From: Pseudomonas aeruginosa
Lineage (GTDB): Bacteria > Pseudomonadota > Gammaproteobacteria > Pseudomonadales > Pseudomonadaceae
Direction of reading: 5' to 3'
Assembly (NCBI RefSeq): GCF_001457615.1
Contig: NZ_LN831024.1
Span: 4,320,001-4,352,000, forward strand
DNA: 32,000 bases
The notes under the pieces are model-generated. The model saw nothing but the letters and a program-made list of their open reading frames with translations, was not told the DNA's origin and did not search any database. Each line of letters opens with the position of its first letter. The stretch's first letter is position 1. The translations under genes were made by a program, and so were the position numbers. Shown here one piece after another: positions 8,854 to 22,113 of this stretch.

Positions 8854-9649
8854 CGACGTCTCCGGGGGCGTCGAGGTCGATCCGGATGTCGCTGGCCAGC
8901 GGATGGGTCGCCTGTTCGCGCTGTTGCTCGAACAGTTGCTTCACTGCCTGCGCCAGGCGCGTCTCGATGGTCGCGTCGATGCGACTGTGTTCGGTCTCGA
9001 TGCGGCAGCCGCCGGGCAGCAACGAATCGTCCTCGAGAATCCGCCAGCTCTCTTCGTGGCGCTCGCGCAGCGCCTTGACCCGCTCGAAGTCCTGCGGGTT
9101 GACATGGATACGGATGTTCGCCGCGCCCATCGGCAGCAGCTTGAGAGCCTCGCGCAGGACCTGGCGGACATGGCTGGAGTCCATGTGCAGTTCGCGCTGG
9201 ATCACCTGGCGGGCAACGTGGTTGACCAGGTTGACCATGCCCTGCTCGATCAGGGCGTCCTGCTCGGCGATGGGTTCCAGAAGCTGCGTCATCAGACGCT
9301 CGAGACTTTGCAGACGCTCCTTCAGCGCCTCCTCGGCTTCCTGCCGCGCCTTCAACTGGCCGGCGTGGAAACCGTCGCGCTCGCCGGTGGCGAAGCCTTC
9401 GTTGTAAGCGTCCTGGCGGATCGCCTCGATTTCCTCCAGCGTCGGCGGCTTGACGGTCTCCAGCTCGACCTCTTCCACCGCCGGCGGCGCCGGCGCGGGT
9501 TCGGCGACCGCGGGCACCTGCGGCGCGGCAACGGCCGGCTCGTCGCGCGGCTCGTCGAAGCTCGGCAACGACCAGAGGCCGAAGGCCGCCACGTCCTTGC
9601 CGCGGATCAGTTCGCTGGGATTGTCTTTGTCCTTGTCGTGGGGGACCAC
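8843..9649 (-). CDS. fliH: Flagellar assembly protein FliH (FliI regulator), 268 aa
   Basis: GTG start lies 1 nt after the fliG stop, and the 3' end overlaps fliI by 11 nt. It has an acidic, coiled N-terminal half and a FliH-type C-terminal domain, and sits between fliG and fliI. Confidence 0.9.
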   Translation of the reverse strand: MVPHDKDKDNPSELIRGKDVAAFGLWSLPSFDEPRDEPAVAAPQVPAVAEPAPAPPAVEEVELETVKPPTLEEIEAIRQDAYNEGFATGERDGFHAGQLKARQEAEEALKERLQSLERLMTQLLEPIAEQDALIEQGMVNLVNHVARQVIQRELHMDSSHVRQVLREALKLLPMGAANIRIHVNPQDFERVKALRERHEESWRILEDDSLLPGGCRIETEHSRIDATIETRLAQAVKQLFEQQREQATHPLASDIRIDLDAPGDVDAP

Positions 9650-9650
9650 C

Positions 9651-10667
9651 TCAGATCATCTCCTCGCCACCCTTGCCGCCCAGCACGATATCGCCGGACT
9701 CGGCCATGCGCCGGGCAATGGTGAGGATTTCCTTCTGCGCACCTTCCACTTCGCTGACCCGTACCGGCCCCTTGGCCTCCAGGTCGTCGCGCAGCAGCTC
9801 GGCGGCACGCTTGGACATGTTCTTGAAGACCTTCTCGCGGATCGCCTCGTCGGAGCCCTTGAGCGCCAGCACCAGTACGTCCGAGGAGACTTCCCGGAGC
9901 AGCGCCTGGATGCCACGGTCGTCGACGTCGGCGAGGTTGTCGAAGACGAACATCAGGTCCTCGATCTGTCCGGACAGGTCTTCGTCGACCTCGCGGATCG
10001 AATCCATCAGCTGGCCTTCGATGGAGCTGTCGAGGTAGTTCATGATGTCCGCCGCGCGCTTGACCCCGCCCATGGTGGTGCGGGTGGCGTTGGAATTGCC
10101 GGCGAACTGCTTCTCCAGGATCAGGTTGAGTTCCTTCAGCGCCGAGGGCTGCACGGTGTTCAGCGAGGAGACGCGCAGGACGATATCCAGGCGCACCTTG
10201 TGGTCGAAATGGCTGAGCACCTCGGCGGCCTGGTCGGGATCGAGGTAGGCGACCACGATGGCCTGGATCTGCGGGTGTTCGTAACGGATCACGTCGGCCA
10301 CGGCACGCGGCTCCATCCACTTCAGGCTGTCCAGGCCGCTGGTGCTGCCGCCGAGGAGGATGCGGTCGATCAGGTTGTTGGCCTTGTCCTCGCCGAGGGC
10401 CTGGGTGAGCATCTTGCGGATGTAGCCGTCGGCACCGACGCCGAGGCTGGTCTGGTCGCCGACCACTTCGACGAACTCGCCCATCACCTGCTCGACCTGT
10501 TCGCGGTGCACGTTGCGCATCGACGCCATGGCCACGCCGACCCGCTGCACCTCTTTCGGCCCCATGTGCCGCAGCACCTGCGCCGCGTCGGTCTCGCCGA
10601 GCGACAGGAGCAGGATGGCGGCCTTGTCGACCTTGGTCAGTTTGGCGGCGAGACGATTCTCACTCAT
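9651..10667 (-). CDS. fliG: Flagellar motor switch/rotor protein FliG, 338 aa
   Basis: Conserved FliG strings include KAAILLLSLGE, IRYEHPQIQAIV, the C-terminal MFVFDNL, and ALKG...KVFKNMSKRAAELLRDDLE. Confidence 0.97.
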   Translation of the reverse strand: MSENRLAAKLTKVDKAAILLLSLGETDAAQVLRHMGPKEVQRVGVAMASMRNVHREQVEQVMGEFVEVVGDQTSLGVGADGYIRKMLTQALGEDKANNLIDRILLGGSTSGLDSLKWMEPRAVADVIRYEHPQIQAIVVAYLDPDQAAEVLSHFDHKVRLDIVLRVSSLNTVQPSALKELNLILEKQFAGNSNATRTTMGGVKRAADIMNYLDSSIEGQLMDSIREVDEDLSGQIEDLMFVFDNLADVDDRGIQALLREVSSDVLVLALKGSDEAIREKVFKNMSKRAAELLRDDLEAKGPVRVSEVEGAQKEILTIARRMAESGDIVLGGKGGEEMI

Positions 10668-10672
10668 GGCGC

Positions 10673-12469
10673 TTACTCATCGGCGTTGATCCACTCTTTC
10701 ACGACCTGGGCGACGCGGCCCGGGTCCTGTGCGACCAGGTTCTTGATCGCGTTCAATTGCGCATCATACCCCTCCGTGGGGCTCGGCAGGAGGATGCTCG
10801 ACGGCCCGCCGATGCTCACCCGGTCGTCGGCCAGCGAGCCTTCCAGGCCACTCTCGCCCAGCGCCAGGTCGCCGTCGCGACCGCCGCCGCCGGCCAGCGA
10901 CTTGCCCTTGCCGCCGCCGGTGATGTTGCTCAGCACCGGACGCAGTACGCCGAACACCAGGACCAGGATGAACAGCACGCCGAGCACCTGCTTGACGATG
11001 TCCCAGAACCACGGCTGCGAGTAGAACGGAATGCTGTCGATCTCTTCGGCCTGGGCCGGGGCGAACGGCGCGTTGATCACGCTGACGCTGTCGCCGCGGC
11101 TGGCGTCGTAGCCCACCGAGTCCTGTACCAGGCGGGTGAAGCGCGCCAGTTCGTCGGCGCTCCAGGGCTGGTGGCTGACCTCGCCGGTCTTCGCGTCGAC
11201 CTTCATCTGGTCGTCCAGCACCACCGCCACCGACAGTCGGCGCAAGCGTCCCTGCTGCTGCTTGGTGTAGCTGATCGAGCGGTCCAGTTCGTAGTTGCGG
11301 GTGGTCTGGTCGCGCTTGTCGGTCGGGTACGGCGCCAGCTCCGGCTTGCCGGTCTTCGGATCGATGATGGTCTGGCCGTTGGCGTCCTTCAGCGGCTGGC
11401 CCGGCGCGACGTAGTCGGCCGGCGCGCTGGCGGTGGCCTGCTGCGGCGCGCTGGCCGGGCCCGGCGGCTGGTTCGACAGCGCCCCCGGCACGCCCTGCGG
11501 GCCGGACGAATTCTGCCGTTCCTCGTTGTTGCGTTGCTCGCTGCGCAGGGCCGGTTGGTCCGGGTTGTACATCTCCGAGGTCGACTCGACCGCGCTGAAG
11601 TCAACGTCGGCGGACACCTCGGCCTTGTAGCGACCGTTGCCCAGCACCGGTTGCAGGATATTGTGCACGCGCTGGGTGAGCAGGCCTTCCATGCGCCGGG
11701 TGAAGTCGAACTGCTTGCCGGCCATGGTCAGCTCGGAGAGTTCCTGCTGGTCGGAGAGCAGGTTGCCCTTCTGGTCGACCACGGTGACCTGCGACTTGTC
11801 CAGCTCCGGCACACTGGTGGCGACCAGGTTGACGATCGCCATCACCTGGCTCGGCTCCAGGCTGCGCCCCGGATACAGCTCGACCAGCACCGAGGCGCTG
11901 GGCTTGCGGTCGTCGCGGACGAACACCGAACTCTTCGGGATCGCCAAGTGCACGCGGGCGGCCTTGACGTTGTTCAGGCTCGACACGGTGCGCGCCAGCT
12001 CGCCTTCCAGGCCGCGGCGGTAGTTGGTGGCTTCCATGAACTGGCTGGTGCCCAGCGCCTGTTCCTTGTCGAGGATCTCGAAACCGACGTTGTTGTCGGT
12101 CGGCGCCACGCCGGCGGAGGCCACCTTCATGCGTGCCCGGCCGAGGTCGTCGGCCTTGACCAGCAGCGCGCCGGAGTTGGGTTCGACCTTGTAGGGAATG
12201 TCCGCCGCGGTCAGCGCTTCCACCACACGGTTCGCGTCGACCCCGTTGAGGCTGCCATAGAGCGGCTTGTAGTCCGGCTGCTGAGACCAGAGCACGACGG
12301 CGAAGCCGATCGCCACGCTGGCGGCGAGACCGACCAGCAGGCCGATCTGGCGCAGCATGGTCATCTCGGAAAGGTTGTCGAGGAACGACAGTCCCGGGAA
12401 GGATTTCTTCAGCATCCCGGCACCGCCGCTCTTGGCGGGAACCTGGCTGTCGATCAGTGCATCGGCCAT
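10673..12469 (-). CDS. fliF: Flagellar MS-ring protein FliF, 598 aa
   Basis: An N-terminal TM helix (IGLLVGLAASVAIGFAVVLW) and a second TM helix near the C-terminus (VLGVLFILVLVFGVL) flank a periplasmic ring domain carrying YscJ/FliF motifs. Confidence 0.97.
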   Translation of the reverse strand: MADALIDSQVPAKSGGAGMLKKSFPGLSFLDNLSEMTMLRQIGLLVGLAASVAIGFAVVLWSQQPDYKPLYGSLNGVDANRVVEALTAADIPYKVEPNSGALLVKADDLGRARMKVASAGVAPTDNNVGFEILDKEQALGTSQFMEATNYRRGLEGELARTVSSLNNVKAARVHLAIPKSSVFVRDDRKPSASVLVELYPGRSLEPSQVMAIVNLVATSVPELDKSQVTVVDQKGNLLSDQQELSELTMAGKQFDFTRRMEGLLTQRVHNILQPVLGNGRYKAEVSADVDFSAVESTSEMYNPDQPALRSEQRNNEERQNSSGPQGVPGALSNQPPGPASAPQQATASAPADYVAPGQPLKDANGQTIIDPKTGKPELAPYPTDKRDQTTRNYELDRSISYTKQQQGRLRRLSVAVVLDDQMKVDAKTGEVSHQPWSADELARFTRLVQDSVGYDASRGDSVSVINAPFAPAQAEEIDSIPFYSQPWFWDIVKQVLGVLFILVLVFGVLRPVLSNITGGGKGKSLAGGGGRDGDLALGESGLEGSLADDRVSIGGPSSILLPSPTEGYDAQLNAIKNLVAQDPGRVAQVVKEWINADE

Positions 12470-12491
12470 GAACTAGTTATCCTCGCGCCGC

Positions 12492-12821
12492 TCAGACCGG
12501 CATCTGCATGATGTCTTGGTAGGCCTGGACCAGTTTGTTGCGCACCTGGGTCATGGCCTGGAACGACACGCTGGCCTTCTGGCTGGCGATCATCACGTCG
12601 GTCAGGTCGACGCCGCTCTGGCCGACCTCGAAGGCGTTGGCCATCGCGGTGGAGGCCTGCTGGGTCTCGTTCACCTTGTCCACGGCCTGGGAGAGCATTT
12701 CCGAAAAGCTCGGCGCCCCCACTTCGGCCGGCGCCTGAACCGGTTTGGCCTTGGCCATGGCTTCCATTTGCATGGAACGCATTTCCAGCATCAGACGATT
12801 GAACTCGACACCCTGACTCAT
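12492..12821 (-). CDS. fliE: Flagellar hook-basal body complex protein FliE, 109 aa
   Basis: ATG 12821 is preceded by GGAGGAAG. The C-terminal FliE signature is [34 protein letters not shown]. The 15-aa upstream extension in the track ORF has no RBS and is rejected. Confidence 0.93.
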   Translation of the reverse strand: MSQGVEFNRLMLEMRSMQMEAMAKAKPVQAPAEVGAPSFSEMLSQAVDKVNETQQASTAMANAFEVGQSGVDLTDVMIASQKASVSFQAMTQVRNKLVQAYQDIMQMPV

Positions 12822-12880
12822 GACTCTTCCTCCAACAGCCGCGGCTTTTTTGACGCCGCCCGGCACTTTGCAGAGGAGTT

Positions 12881-12896
12881 AGCAACAAGGGTGCCA
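12881..12896 (-). promoter_or_regulatory. sigma54 (RpoN) -24/-12 promoter of fliEFGHIJ
   Basis: The minus strand reads TGGCACCCTTGTTGCT, which is TGGCAC-N5-TTGC with exact GG-N10-GC spacing. It lies about 60 nt upstream of the fliE ATG. Confidence 0.8.
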
Positions 12897-13021
12897 AGTC
12901 GACCCCACGGCCCGGCATCTGCGTTCGCCGCCAATGCCCGCGACCGCTGCAGGGTCCGTCCCTGCTCCGGTTATCGGCAGGCGCGCACGCTCGAACAGCC
13001 CCGGGCGACGACCGGCGGCGG

Positions 13022-13049
13022 ACGCAAAAGGCCCGCACGAGGCGGGCCT
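13022..13049 (-). terminator. Probable rho-independent terminator after fleR
   Basis: The minus-strand RNA reads AGGCCCGC-CUCGU-GCGGGCCU followed by UUUG. This 8-bp GC stem starts 19 nt after the fleR stop. The U-tract is short. Confidence 0.55.
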
Positions 13050-13067
13050 GGGGAACATGGCGAGCAC

Positions 13068-14489
<1,422 letters not shown>

Positions 14490-14493
14490 GGGG

Positions 14494-15702
14494 TTACTCC
14501 TGAATCGCAGAAAGAGGCGCCGCCGGAATCAGCGGCAGGATCAAGGTGGCGCAGGTGCCGCGCCCCGGCCGAGAGCGCAACTGCAATTGCCCCTGGTGGG
14601 CGCGCGCCACGGCCTTGACCACCGCCAGGCCGAGCCCGGTACCGGTGGTCTTGGTGGTGAAGAAGGGTTCGCCCAGGCGCGCCAGGGTCGCCGGGTCCAT
14701 ACCCGGTCCGTTGTCGCTGACGCTGAGGCGCAGGCTGTCGGCGCGGGCATAGAGATGCACCTTCAGGCGCAGTTCGGGCCCGCAGGCCTGGATCGCGTTC
14801 TCCACCAGGTTGAGCACGGTGCCCACCAGGGTGTCGCGATTGCACAGCAGCTCGCCGCCGCGCGCCTCGCACTGCCAACGCACCTGGAGCCCCTGGACAT
14901 GGACTTCGGCCGCCGCGCGCAGGCTGTCGAACAGCGCCTTCGGCGCCACCCGGTCGGTCAGCGGCAGCTCGCCGCGGGCGAACACCAGCATGTCGCGTAC
15001 CTGATGCTCCAGTTCGTGCAGGCGCTCCTTCAGGCGCCCGGCGAAGCGTTGCTGCTGGTCGGTCGGCAGCGCCTGCTCGCTGAGGTGCCCGGCATAGAGC
15101 AACGCCGCCGACAACGGCGTGCGGATCTGGTGGGCCAGCGAGGCGACCATCCGCCCCAGCGCCGACAGGCGCTCGTGGCGCGCCAGTTGCTCCTGGAGAC
15201 GGCGGGTATCGGTGAGGTCGTTGAGCAGGATCAGTTGCCCCGGTTCGCCGTTCAGCGAGCGGGTGGCGATGGACAGGCGACGTCCGTCGCGCAGGGAAAT
15301 CTCGTGACCGTCATCCTCGCGCGGAGCGAAGCAGCGGGCGATCACCTCACGCCAGAGCATGCCCACCAACGGCTCGCCAAGCAGGCCCAGGGCCGCCGGG
15401 TTGGCCTCGCGGACCACGCCATGGGCATCGATGACGATGACGCCGCCGGGAAGCAGGTCGAGCAGGCTCTGCAAGCGGTTCGCCAGGCGCTCCTTTTCCG
15501 CCAGCTCCTCCATGCGCTGCGCGCTGACCAGGGCCAGTTGCCCTTTCAGCTCGGTAACGCGCTCCTCCAGCAGGCTATAGGACTCGGTGAGCTGGCTGGA
15601 CATCTGGTTGAACAGCGCGAAGGCCTGCTCGAGGCCGGCGCGGCTGGTGGCCTCGGCCGTATCGGCTGGCTGCTCGGGGAAGGCGTGGAGGGCTGGTTGC
15701 AT
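14494..15702 (-). CDS. fleS: Cytoplasmic PAS-containing sensor histidine kinase FleS, 402 aa
   Basis: The H-box is SLAHQIRTPL, with N, G1 and G2 boxes (NLVENAIQA, DNGPGM, GTGLGLA). No TM segment is seen. It lies 4 nt upstream of fleR. Confidence 0.95.
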   Translation of the reverse strand: MQPALHAFPEQPADTAEATSRAGLEQAFALFNQMSSQLTESYSLLEERVTELKGQLALVSAQRMEELAEKERLANRLQSLLDLLPGGVIVIDAHGVVREANPAALGLLGEPLVGMLWREVIARCFAPREDDGHEISLRDGRRLSIATRSLNGEPGQLILLNDLTDTRRLQEQLARHERLSALGRMVASLAHQIRTPLSAALLYAGHLSEQALPTDQQQRFAGRLKERLHELEHQVRDMLVFARGELPLTDRVAPKALFDSLRAAAEVHVQGLQVRWQCEARGGELLCNRDTLVGTVLNLVENAIQACGPELRLKVHLYARADSLRLSVSDNGPGMDPATLARLGEPFFTTKTTGTGLGLAVVKAVARAHQGQLQLRSRPGRGTCATLILPLIPAAPLSAIQE

Positions 15703-15755
15703 TGCGTTTCTCTCGGTCGGCGCGACGTCATGGTTCTGTCGGTCGACGGAGATAT

Positions 15756-15771
15756 AGCAATACCCGTGCCT
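15756..15771 (-). promoter_or_regulatory. sigma54 -24/-12 promoter of fleSR
   Basis: The minus strand reads AGGCACGGGTATTGCT with GG-N10-GC spacing. It lies about 55 nt upstream of the fleS ATG. Confidence 0.72.
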
Positions 15772-15814
15772 AAATTTTTTTCATTTGAAAATCAAAGCGT
15801 TGCGAAACGACCTG

Positions 15815-17287
<1,473 letters not shown>

Positions 17288-17391
17288 TTTGATCAGCTGC
17301 CTTGCATCGAATGGGTCTCGCTCGACCCGAAAGAGGGCTGGGACTAATGCCTATTTCTAATAAGCAGCCAGCATTTGGCCACTAGTTAAGT

Positions 17392-17414
17392 CAAATGTGA
17401 ACGATTAGTCAATT
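17392..17414 (-). promoter_or_regulatory. Vfr (CRP-family) operator in the fleQ promoter
   Basis: The minus strand reads AATTGACTAATCGTTCACATTTG. This matches my recollection of the published Vfr site that represses the sigma70 fleQ promoter. It is CRP-like (TGA-N8-TCACA) and lies in the AT-rich region about 105-125 nt upstream of the fleQ ATG. Confidence 0.7.
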
Positions 17415-17454
17415 TTATGGCGTGTTTTTTTTGCTGTTTCCGACAGGGAGAGGC

Positions 17455-17504
17455 AATAAAAAACCCCTACAGACCGCATGGAAAGCAGTACTGGCAGGGG
17501 TTTT
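17455..17504 (-). terminator. Probable terminator of the fliD-fliS-fliS'-fleP transcript
   Basis: The minus-strand RNA reads AAAACCCCU...(27-nt loop)...AGGGGUUUUUUAUU. A 9-bp stem is followed by a U-run, and it starts about 65 nt after the fleP stop. The loop is unusually long. Confidence 0.55.
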
Positions 17505-17568
17505 GGGGGATATGTAAATTTTTCCGAAAAGCCTTGCGCCAAAGTAACGGCACAAAGCCATGAAAAAC

Positions 17569-17862
17569 TTATCCGAACATCTGGTAGACCTTGGCGCCTT
17601 GCTTCGACTGGTTCAGCTGGATCAGATCGGTGGCCAGCTTGCGCTGCTCGCCCTGGCAGACATCGATCAGCTCGCGATACAGCGCCAGCAGCTCTTCCAT
17701 CCGCGCCCGCAAGGTGGCTTCGTCCTGTACATCGAGCATCGCCTCGTCGACGGCCTGGCGGCAACGCTGGTCGAGTTCACCGATGGCCTCCCAGTTCTGG
17801 CTGGCCAGGGCAACGCGCAGGGCGCTACCGGTTTCTTCAAGGATCTGTACAGCTGCACTCAT
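17569..17862 (-). CDS. fleP: Small helical FliT-like flagellar protein (FleP, orf96 of the PAK locus as I recall), 97 aa
   Basis: ATG 17862 with GAGGGA 7 nt upstream is preferred over ATG 17904, which would overlap fliS' by 17 nt. The protein is all-helical, rich in Q, E and L, and is the last gene of the fliD operon. Confidence 0.7.
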   Translation of the reverse strand: MSAAVQILEETGSALRVALASQNWEAIGELDQRCRQAVDEAMLDVQDEATLRARMEELLALYRELIDVCQGEQRKLATDLIQLNQSKQGAKVYQMFG

Positions 17863-17887
17863 TGCTTGGTCCCTCTGGGGATGCCTC

Positions 17888-18268
17888 TCAGGGGGCAATC
17901 GCATCCCAACCGGATTTGATGTTGCGCAACAGCTCGGAAACTTCCTCGAGCTTGCCCGCGTCGTTCTTCAAGTTGGCTTCCGTCAGTCGCATCGACATGT
18001 AGGCGTAAAGGCGGTCGAGGTTGGCTGCCAGCTCGCCGCCCGCCTCGAAGTCGAGCCCTTCGCGCAGGCCACCGACGATGGCGATGGCCTTGCCGATCAG
18101 CTCGCCCTTCAGCGCCACTTCGCCGCGCTCCAGGGCTCCGCGGGCCTGCGCCATCCGGGTCAGGCCGCCTTCCATCAGCATCTGGATCAGGCGATGCGGG
18201 CTGGCATCGATAGCCTGAGCCTGGGTACTGACATTCTGGTATTGCCGCATGGCTGCCATTGCGTTCAT
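17888..18268 (-). CDS. fliS: Second FliS-family flagellin export chaperone (fliS' / orf126), 126 aa
   Basis: The FliS pattern is present: YQ...A.PHRLIQMLMEGGLTRMAQA, KGELIGKAIAIVGGLREGLDFEAGGELAANLDRLYAYM and W..I. Confidence 0.85.
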   Translation of the reverse strand: MNAMAAMRQYQNVSTQAQAIDASPHRLIQMLMEGGLTRMAQARGALERGEVALKGELIGKAIAIVGGLREGLDFEAGGELAANLDRLYAYMSMRLTEANLKNDAGKLEEVSELLRNIKSGWDAIAP

Positions 18269-18326
18269 CGACGGTTGCCTTGTTCGGTGACTGATACGCT
18301 CTATATCGGTCGGCTACCGCGATTCT

Positions 18327-20161
<1,835 letters not shown>

Positions 20162-20174
20162 CTTGCTTCACCTC

Positions 20175-20188
20175 GTCAGCTCATTGAC
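20175..20188 (-). promoter_or_regulatory. Candidate FleQ box in the fliD leader
   Basis: The palindrome GTCAATGAGCTGAC (GTCA-N6-TGAC) lies between the putative sigma54 promoter and the fliD ATG. It resembles the FleQ consensus GTCaNTAAATTGAC. FleQ is reported to bind leader regions of several class II flagellar promoters. Confidence 0.4.
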
Positions 20189-20216
20189 GCTTTGTCCTTC
20201 CAATTCCAACAGACAC

Positions 20217-20231
20217 TCAAAAGACGTGCCA
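20217..20231 (-). promoter_or_regulatory. Putative sigma54 promoter of the fliD operon (imperfect -12 element)
   Basis: The minus strand reads TGGCACGTCTTTTGA. The -24 element TGGCAC is perfect, but the -12 element reads TTGA instead of TTGC, at correct N10 spacing. It begins just after the flaG stop. Confidence 0.5.
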
Positions 20232-20238
20232 ATTCCGC

Positions 20239-20625
20239 TCAGGCTTCCGCCTTGAACAGCAGGCTGCGCGCTTCGTCCAGTCGCTCTGCCAGGCGCAGGG
20301 CCTCTTCGGAAGGGATTTGCCGGATGACTTCTCCGGAAGTCGAATCGGTCACCTTGACCACTACCCGCCCCGTGGAGTCGTCCAGGCTGAAACTCAGATC
20401 ACGACGGATGCTCTGGGTGAACTTCTCGATGGAGGAAACCGCCTCCTCGACCGCAGCGCGTTGCTCCTTGTCGCCCATCCTGACGTCGCCCGTCCGTTGC
20501 GCGCTTGCGCTGGCGGCCGCCTCGCCGGCCTGGCCGGCCGGGCGTGCGCCATCGGAAGAAGACGCCGAGCCGAACAGCCGGATTACCGGAGCAGCCGTCG
20601 AATTGTTGACATTGCTGACGTCCAT
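20239..20625 (-). CDS. flaG: Flagellar protein FlaG, 128 aa
   Basis: The FlaG-family C-terminus is LSFSLDDSTGRVVVKVTDSTSGEVIRQIPSEEALRLAERL. ATG follows GAGAGG. It sits between fliC and fliD. Confidence 0.9.
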   Translation of the reverse strand: MDVSNVNNSTAAPVIRLFGSASSSDGARPAGQAGEAAASASAQRTGDVRMGDKEQRAAVEEAVSSIEKFTQSIRRDLSFSLDDSTGRVVVKVTDSTSGEVIRQIPSEEALRLAERLDEARSLLFKAEA

Positions 20626-20647
20626 CGTCGCTACCTCTCAATGAGAT

Positions 20648-20679
20648 ACGAGGGGAAGCGCGCCAGCGCTCCCCCTCGT
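20648..20679 (-). terminator. Strong stem-loop downstream of fliC (probable terminator or attenuator before flaG)
   Basis: A 14-bp stem, ACGAGGGGGAGCGC-UGGC-GCGCUUCCCCUCGU on the minus-strand RNA, contains one G-U pair. It starts 26 nt after the fliC stop. The trailing sequence AUCUCAUU is only weakly U-rich. Confidence 0.5.
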
Positions 20680-20704
20680 GACTTCACCTTGACCTCGCCG
20701 AAGC

Positions 20705-21889
20705 TTAGCGCAGCAGGCTCAGAACCGACTGCGGCAGCTGGTTGGCCTGGGCCAGGATCGCGGTGCCGGCTTGTTGCAGCACTTGGTTCTTGGTCAGGTT
20801 GGCGGTTTCGGCTGCGAAGTCGGTGTCTTCGATCCGGCCGCGAGCAGCCGATACGTTCTCACCGATGTTCTTCAGGTTGTTGATGGTGTTGTCGAAGCGG
20901 TTCTGCACCGCACCGAGGTCGGCACGCTGGGCGTCGATCTGCTTGATCGCCTCGTCGATCACCAGCACGGCGGACTGAGCGCCCTTCGCGGTGGAGATGT
21001 CGATCTTGGCGACGGTGTCGTTGGTCTTGGCGAAAGCGGTAGCGGAAGGGGCTACGCCAGCCGCGGTGCCTACGCCGGTGCTGCCGGTGTCAGCGATGAC
21101 AACGCCGGAAACCGCGCTAGTGATCGCACCGGAGCCATCCTTGCCAGCTTTGGAAACATAGCTGATGGTATCGCCGTCGCTGAAGGCACCGATGCCGACG
21201 TTGGCGTCGTTGACCGCTGCGGCGATCTTGGCAGCCGCCTGCTCGGCGGTTTCGTTGCCCTTCATGTCGACCTTGACGTTCACGGCGCTGCCGCCGGTGA
21301 TGCCGATCGCGATGTCGACGGTGCCCGAAGCGGTTGCAGCAGTGACCGCGCCGCCGCCGTCAGCCTTGAAGTAGGTGCCGTTCAGCGACTCTGCGCTCAT
21401 CTCGTCGATGCCGACGCTGATGATTTCGTTGGCGGCCGAACCCACCTGGAAGCTGGCGACGCCGAAGGAACCGTCGAGCAGCTTGCGGCCACCGAAGGTG
21501 GTGGTGTTGCTGATACGATCCAGTTCTTTCTGCAGTTGCTTCACTTCGCCGTTCAGAGCGGTACGCTCGGAGTCGCTGTTGGAGCCGTTGGCCGACTGCA
21601 GGGACAGGTCACGCATACGCTGCAGGATGTTGGTCGACTGCTGCAGGGCGCCTTCAGCGGTCTGCGCCAGGGAGATACCGTCGTTGGCGTTCTTGGTAGC
21701 CACGTTCAGGCCGTTGACCTGGCTGGTCAGACGGTTGGCGATCTGCAGGCCGGCGGCGTCGTCCTTGGCGCTGTTGATGCGCGAACCGGTGGACAGACGC
21801 TGCAGCGAAGTGTTCAGCGACGCGGAAGAGTTGTTCAGGTTCCGCTGAGTGTTCAGCGAAGCGATGTTGGTGTTGACGGTCAAGGCCAT
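20705..21889 (-). CDS. fliC: a-type flagellin FliC, 394 aa
   Basis: ATG 21889 is preceded by GGAGGG; the MEGIK extension in the track is rejected. The conserved termini are [18 protein letters not shown]... and ...[14 protein letters not shown]. The short variable centre and total length of 394 aa match a-type (PAK-like) flagellin rather than the longer b-type flagellin (about 488 aa in PAO1, as I recall). Confidence 0.97.
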   Translation of the reverse strand: MALTVNTNIASLNTQRNLNNSSASLNTSLQRLSTGSRINSAKDDAAGLQIANRLTSQVNGLNVATKNANDGISLAQTAEGALQQSTNILQRMRDLSLQSANGSNSDSERTALNGEVKQLQKELDRISNTTTFGGRKLLDGSFGVASFQVGSAANEIISVGIDEMSAESLNGTYFKADGGGAVTAATASGTVDIAIGITGGSAVNVKVDMKGNETAEQAAAKIAAAVNDANVGIGAFSDGDTISYVSKAGKDGSGAITSAVSGVVIADTGSTGVGTAAGVAPSATAFAKTNDTVAKIDISTAKGAQSAVLVIDEAIKQIDAQRADLGAVQNRFDNTINNLKNIGENVSAARGRIEDTDFAAETANLTKNQVLQQAGTAILAQANQLPQSVLSLLR

Positions 21890-21980
21890 CTTGATGCCCT
21901 CCAAGGACGATATGTTTGCCTGAGCTTGCGACCTCGGGTGGGCATCGCCCAGGCACCCCTAAAGTTCGCATTCGTGATCT

Positions 21981-22007
21981 TTATCGGCGCTTCCCTGAGG
22001 AGCTTTA
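21981..22007 (-). promoter_or_regulatory. sigma28 (FliA) promoter of fliC
   Basis: The minus strand reads TAAAG-N14-GCCGATAA, an exact match to the flagellar sigma28 consensus. It lies about 90-115 nt upstream of the fliC ATG, with a T9/A9 run immediately upstream. Confidence 0.88.
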
Positions 22008-22113
22008 GGTTTTTTTTTGACCATCCTCGTTTTTCATGCATCGGCCCCGTCGGAGGGGTTCGCGCAAGGCCTCCCGAGCGCTGCGGACAGCGACGGAAAG
22101 CCCCGCCGGCCGC

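Noticed and set aside
7435-9078. A 547-aa plus-strand ORF antisense to fliI and fliH
   Set aside because: The opposite strand encodes unmistakable FliI (Walker motifs) and FliH. The ORF is rich in Arg, Ala and Gly with no family motifs. This is the typical stop-codon-poor antisense frame of a genome near 67% GC.
12861-12872. A sigma54-like string CGGCACTTTGCA on the plus strand near fliE
   Set aside because: The spacing between the GG and GC dinucleotides is 6 nt, not 10. It is on the wrong strand for any nearby gene.
21890-21904. The MEGIK N-terminal extension of fliC, and similar extensions of fliE (12822-12866), the TorF-like gene (6248-6322), the 215-aa acyltransferase (27518-27550) and fleP (17863-17904)
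   Set aside because: In each case the downstream ATG has a well-spaced Shine-Dalgarno sequence and gives the conserved family N-terminus or a signal peptide. The longer forms lack an RBS or overlap the neighbouring gene.
22017-22113. A possible terminator between the glycosyltransferase gene and the fliC promoter (GGAGG...CCTCC and CCCC...GGGG pairings)
   Set aside because: The stems are only 4-5 bp with no U-tract. This is not convincing from sequence alone.
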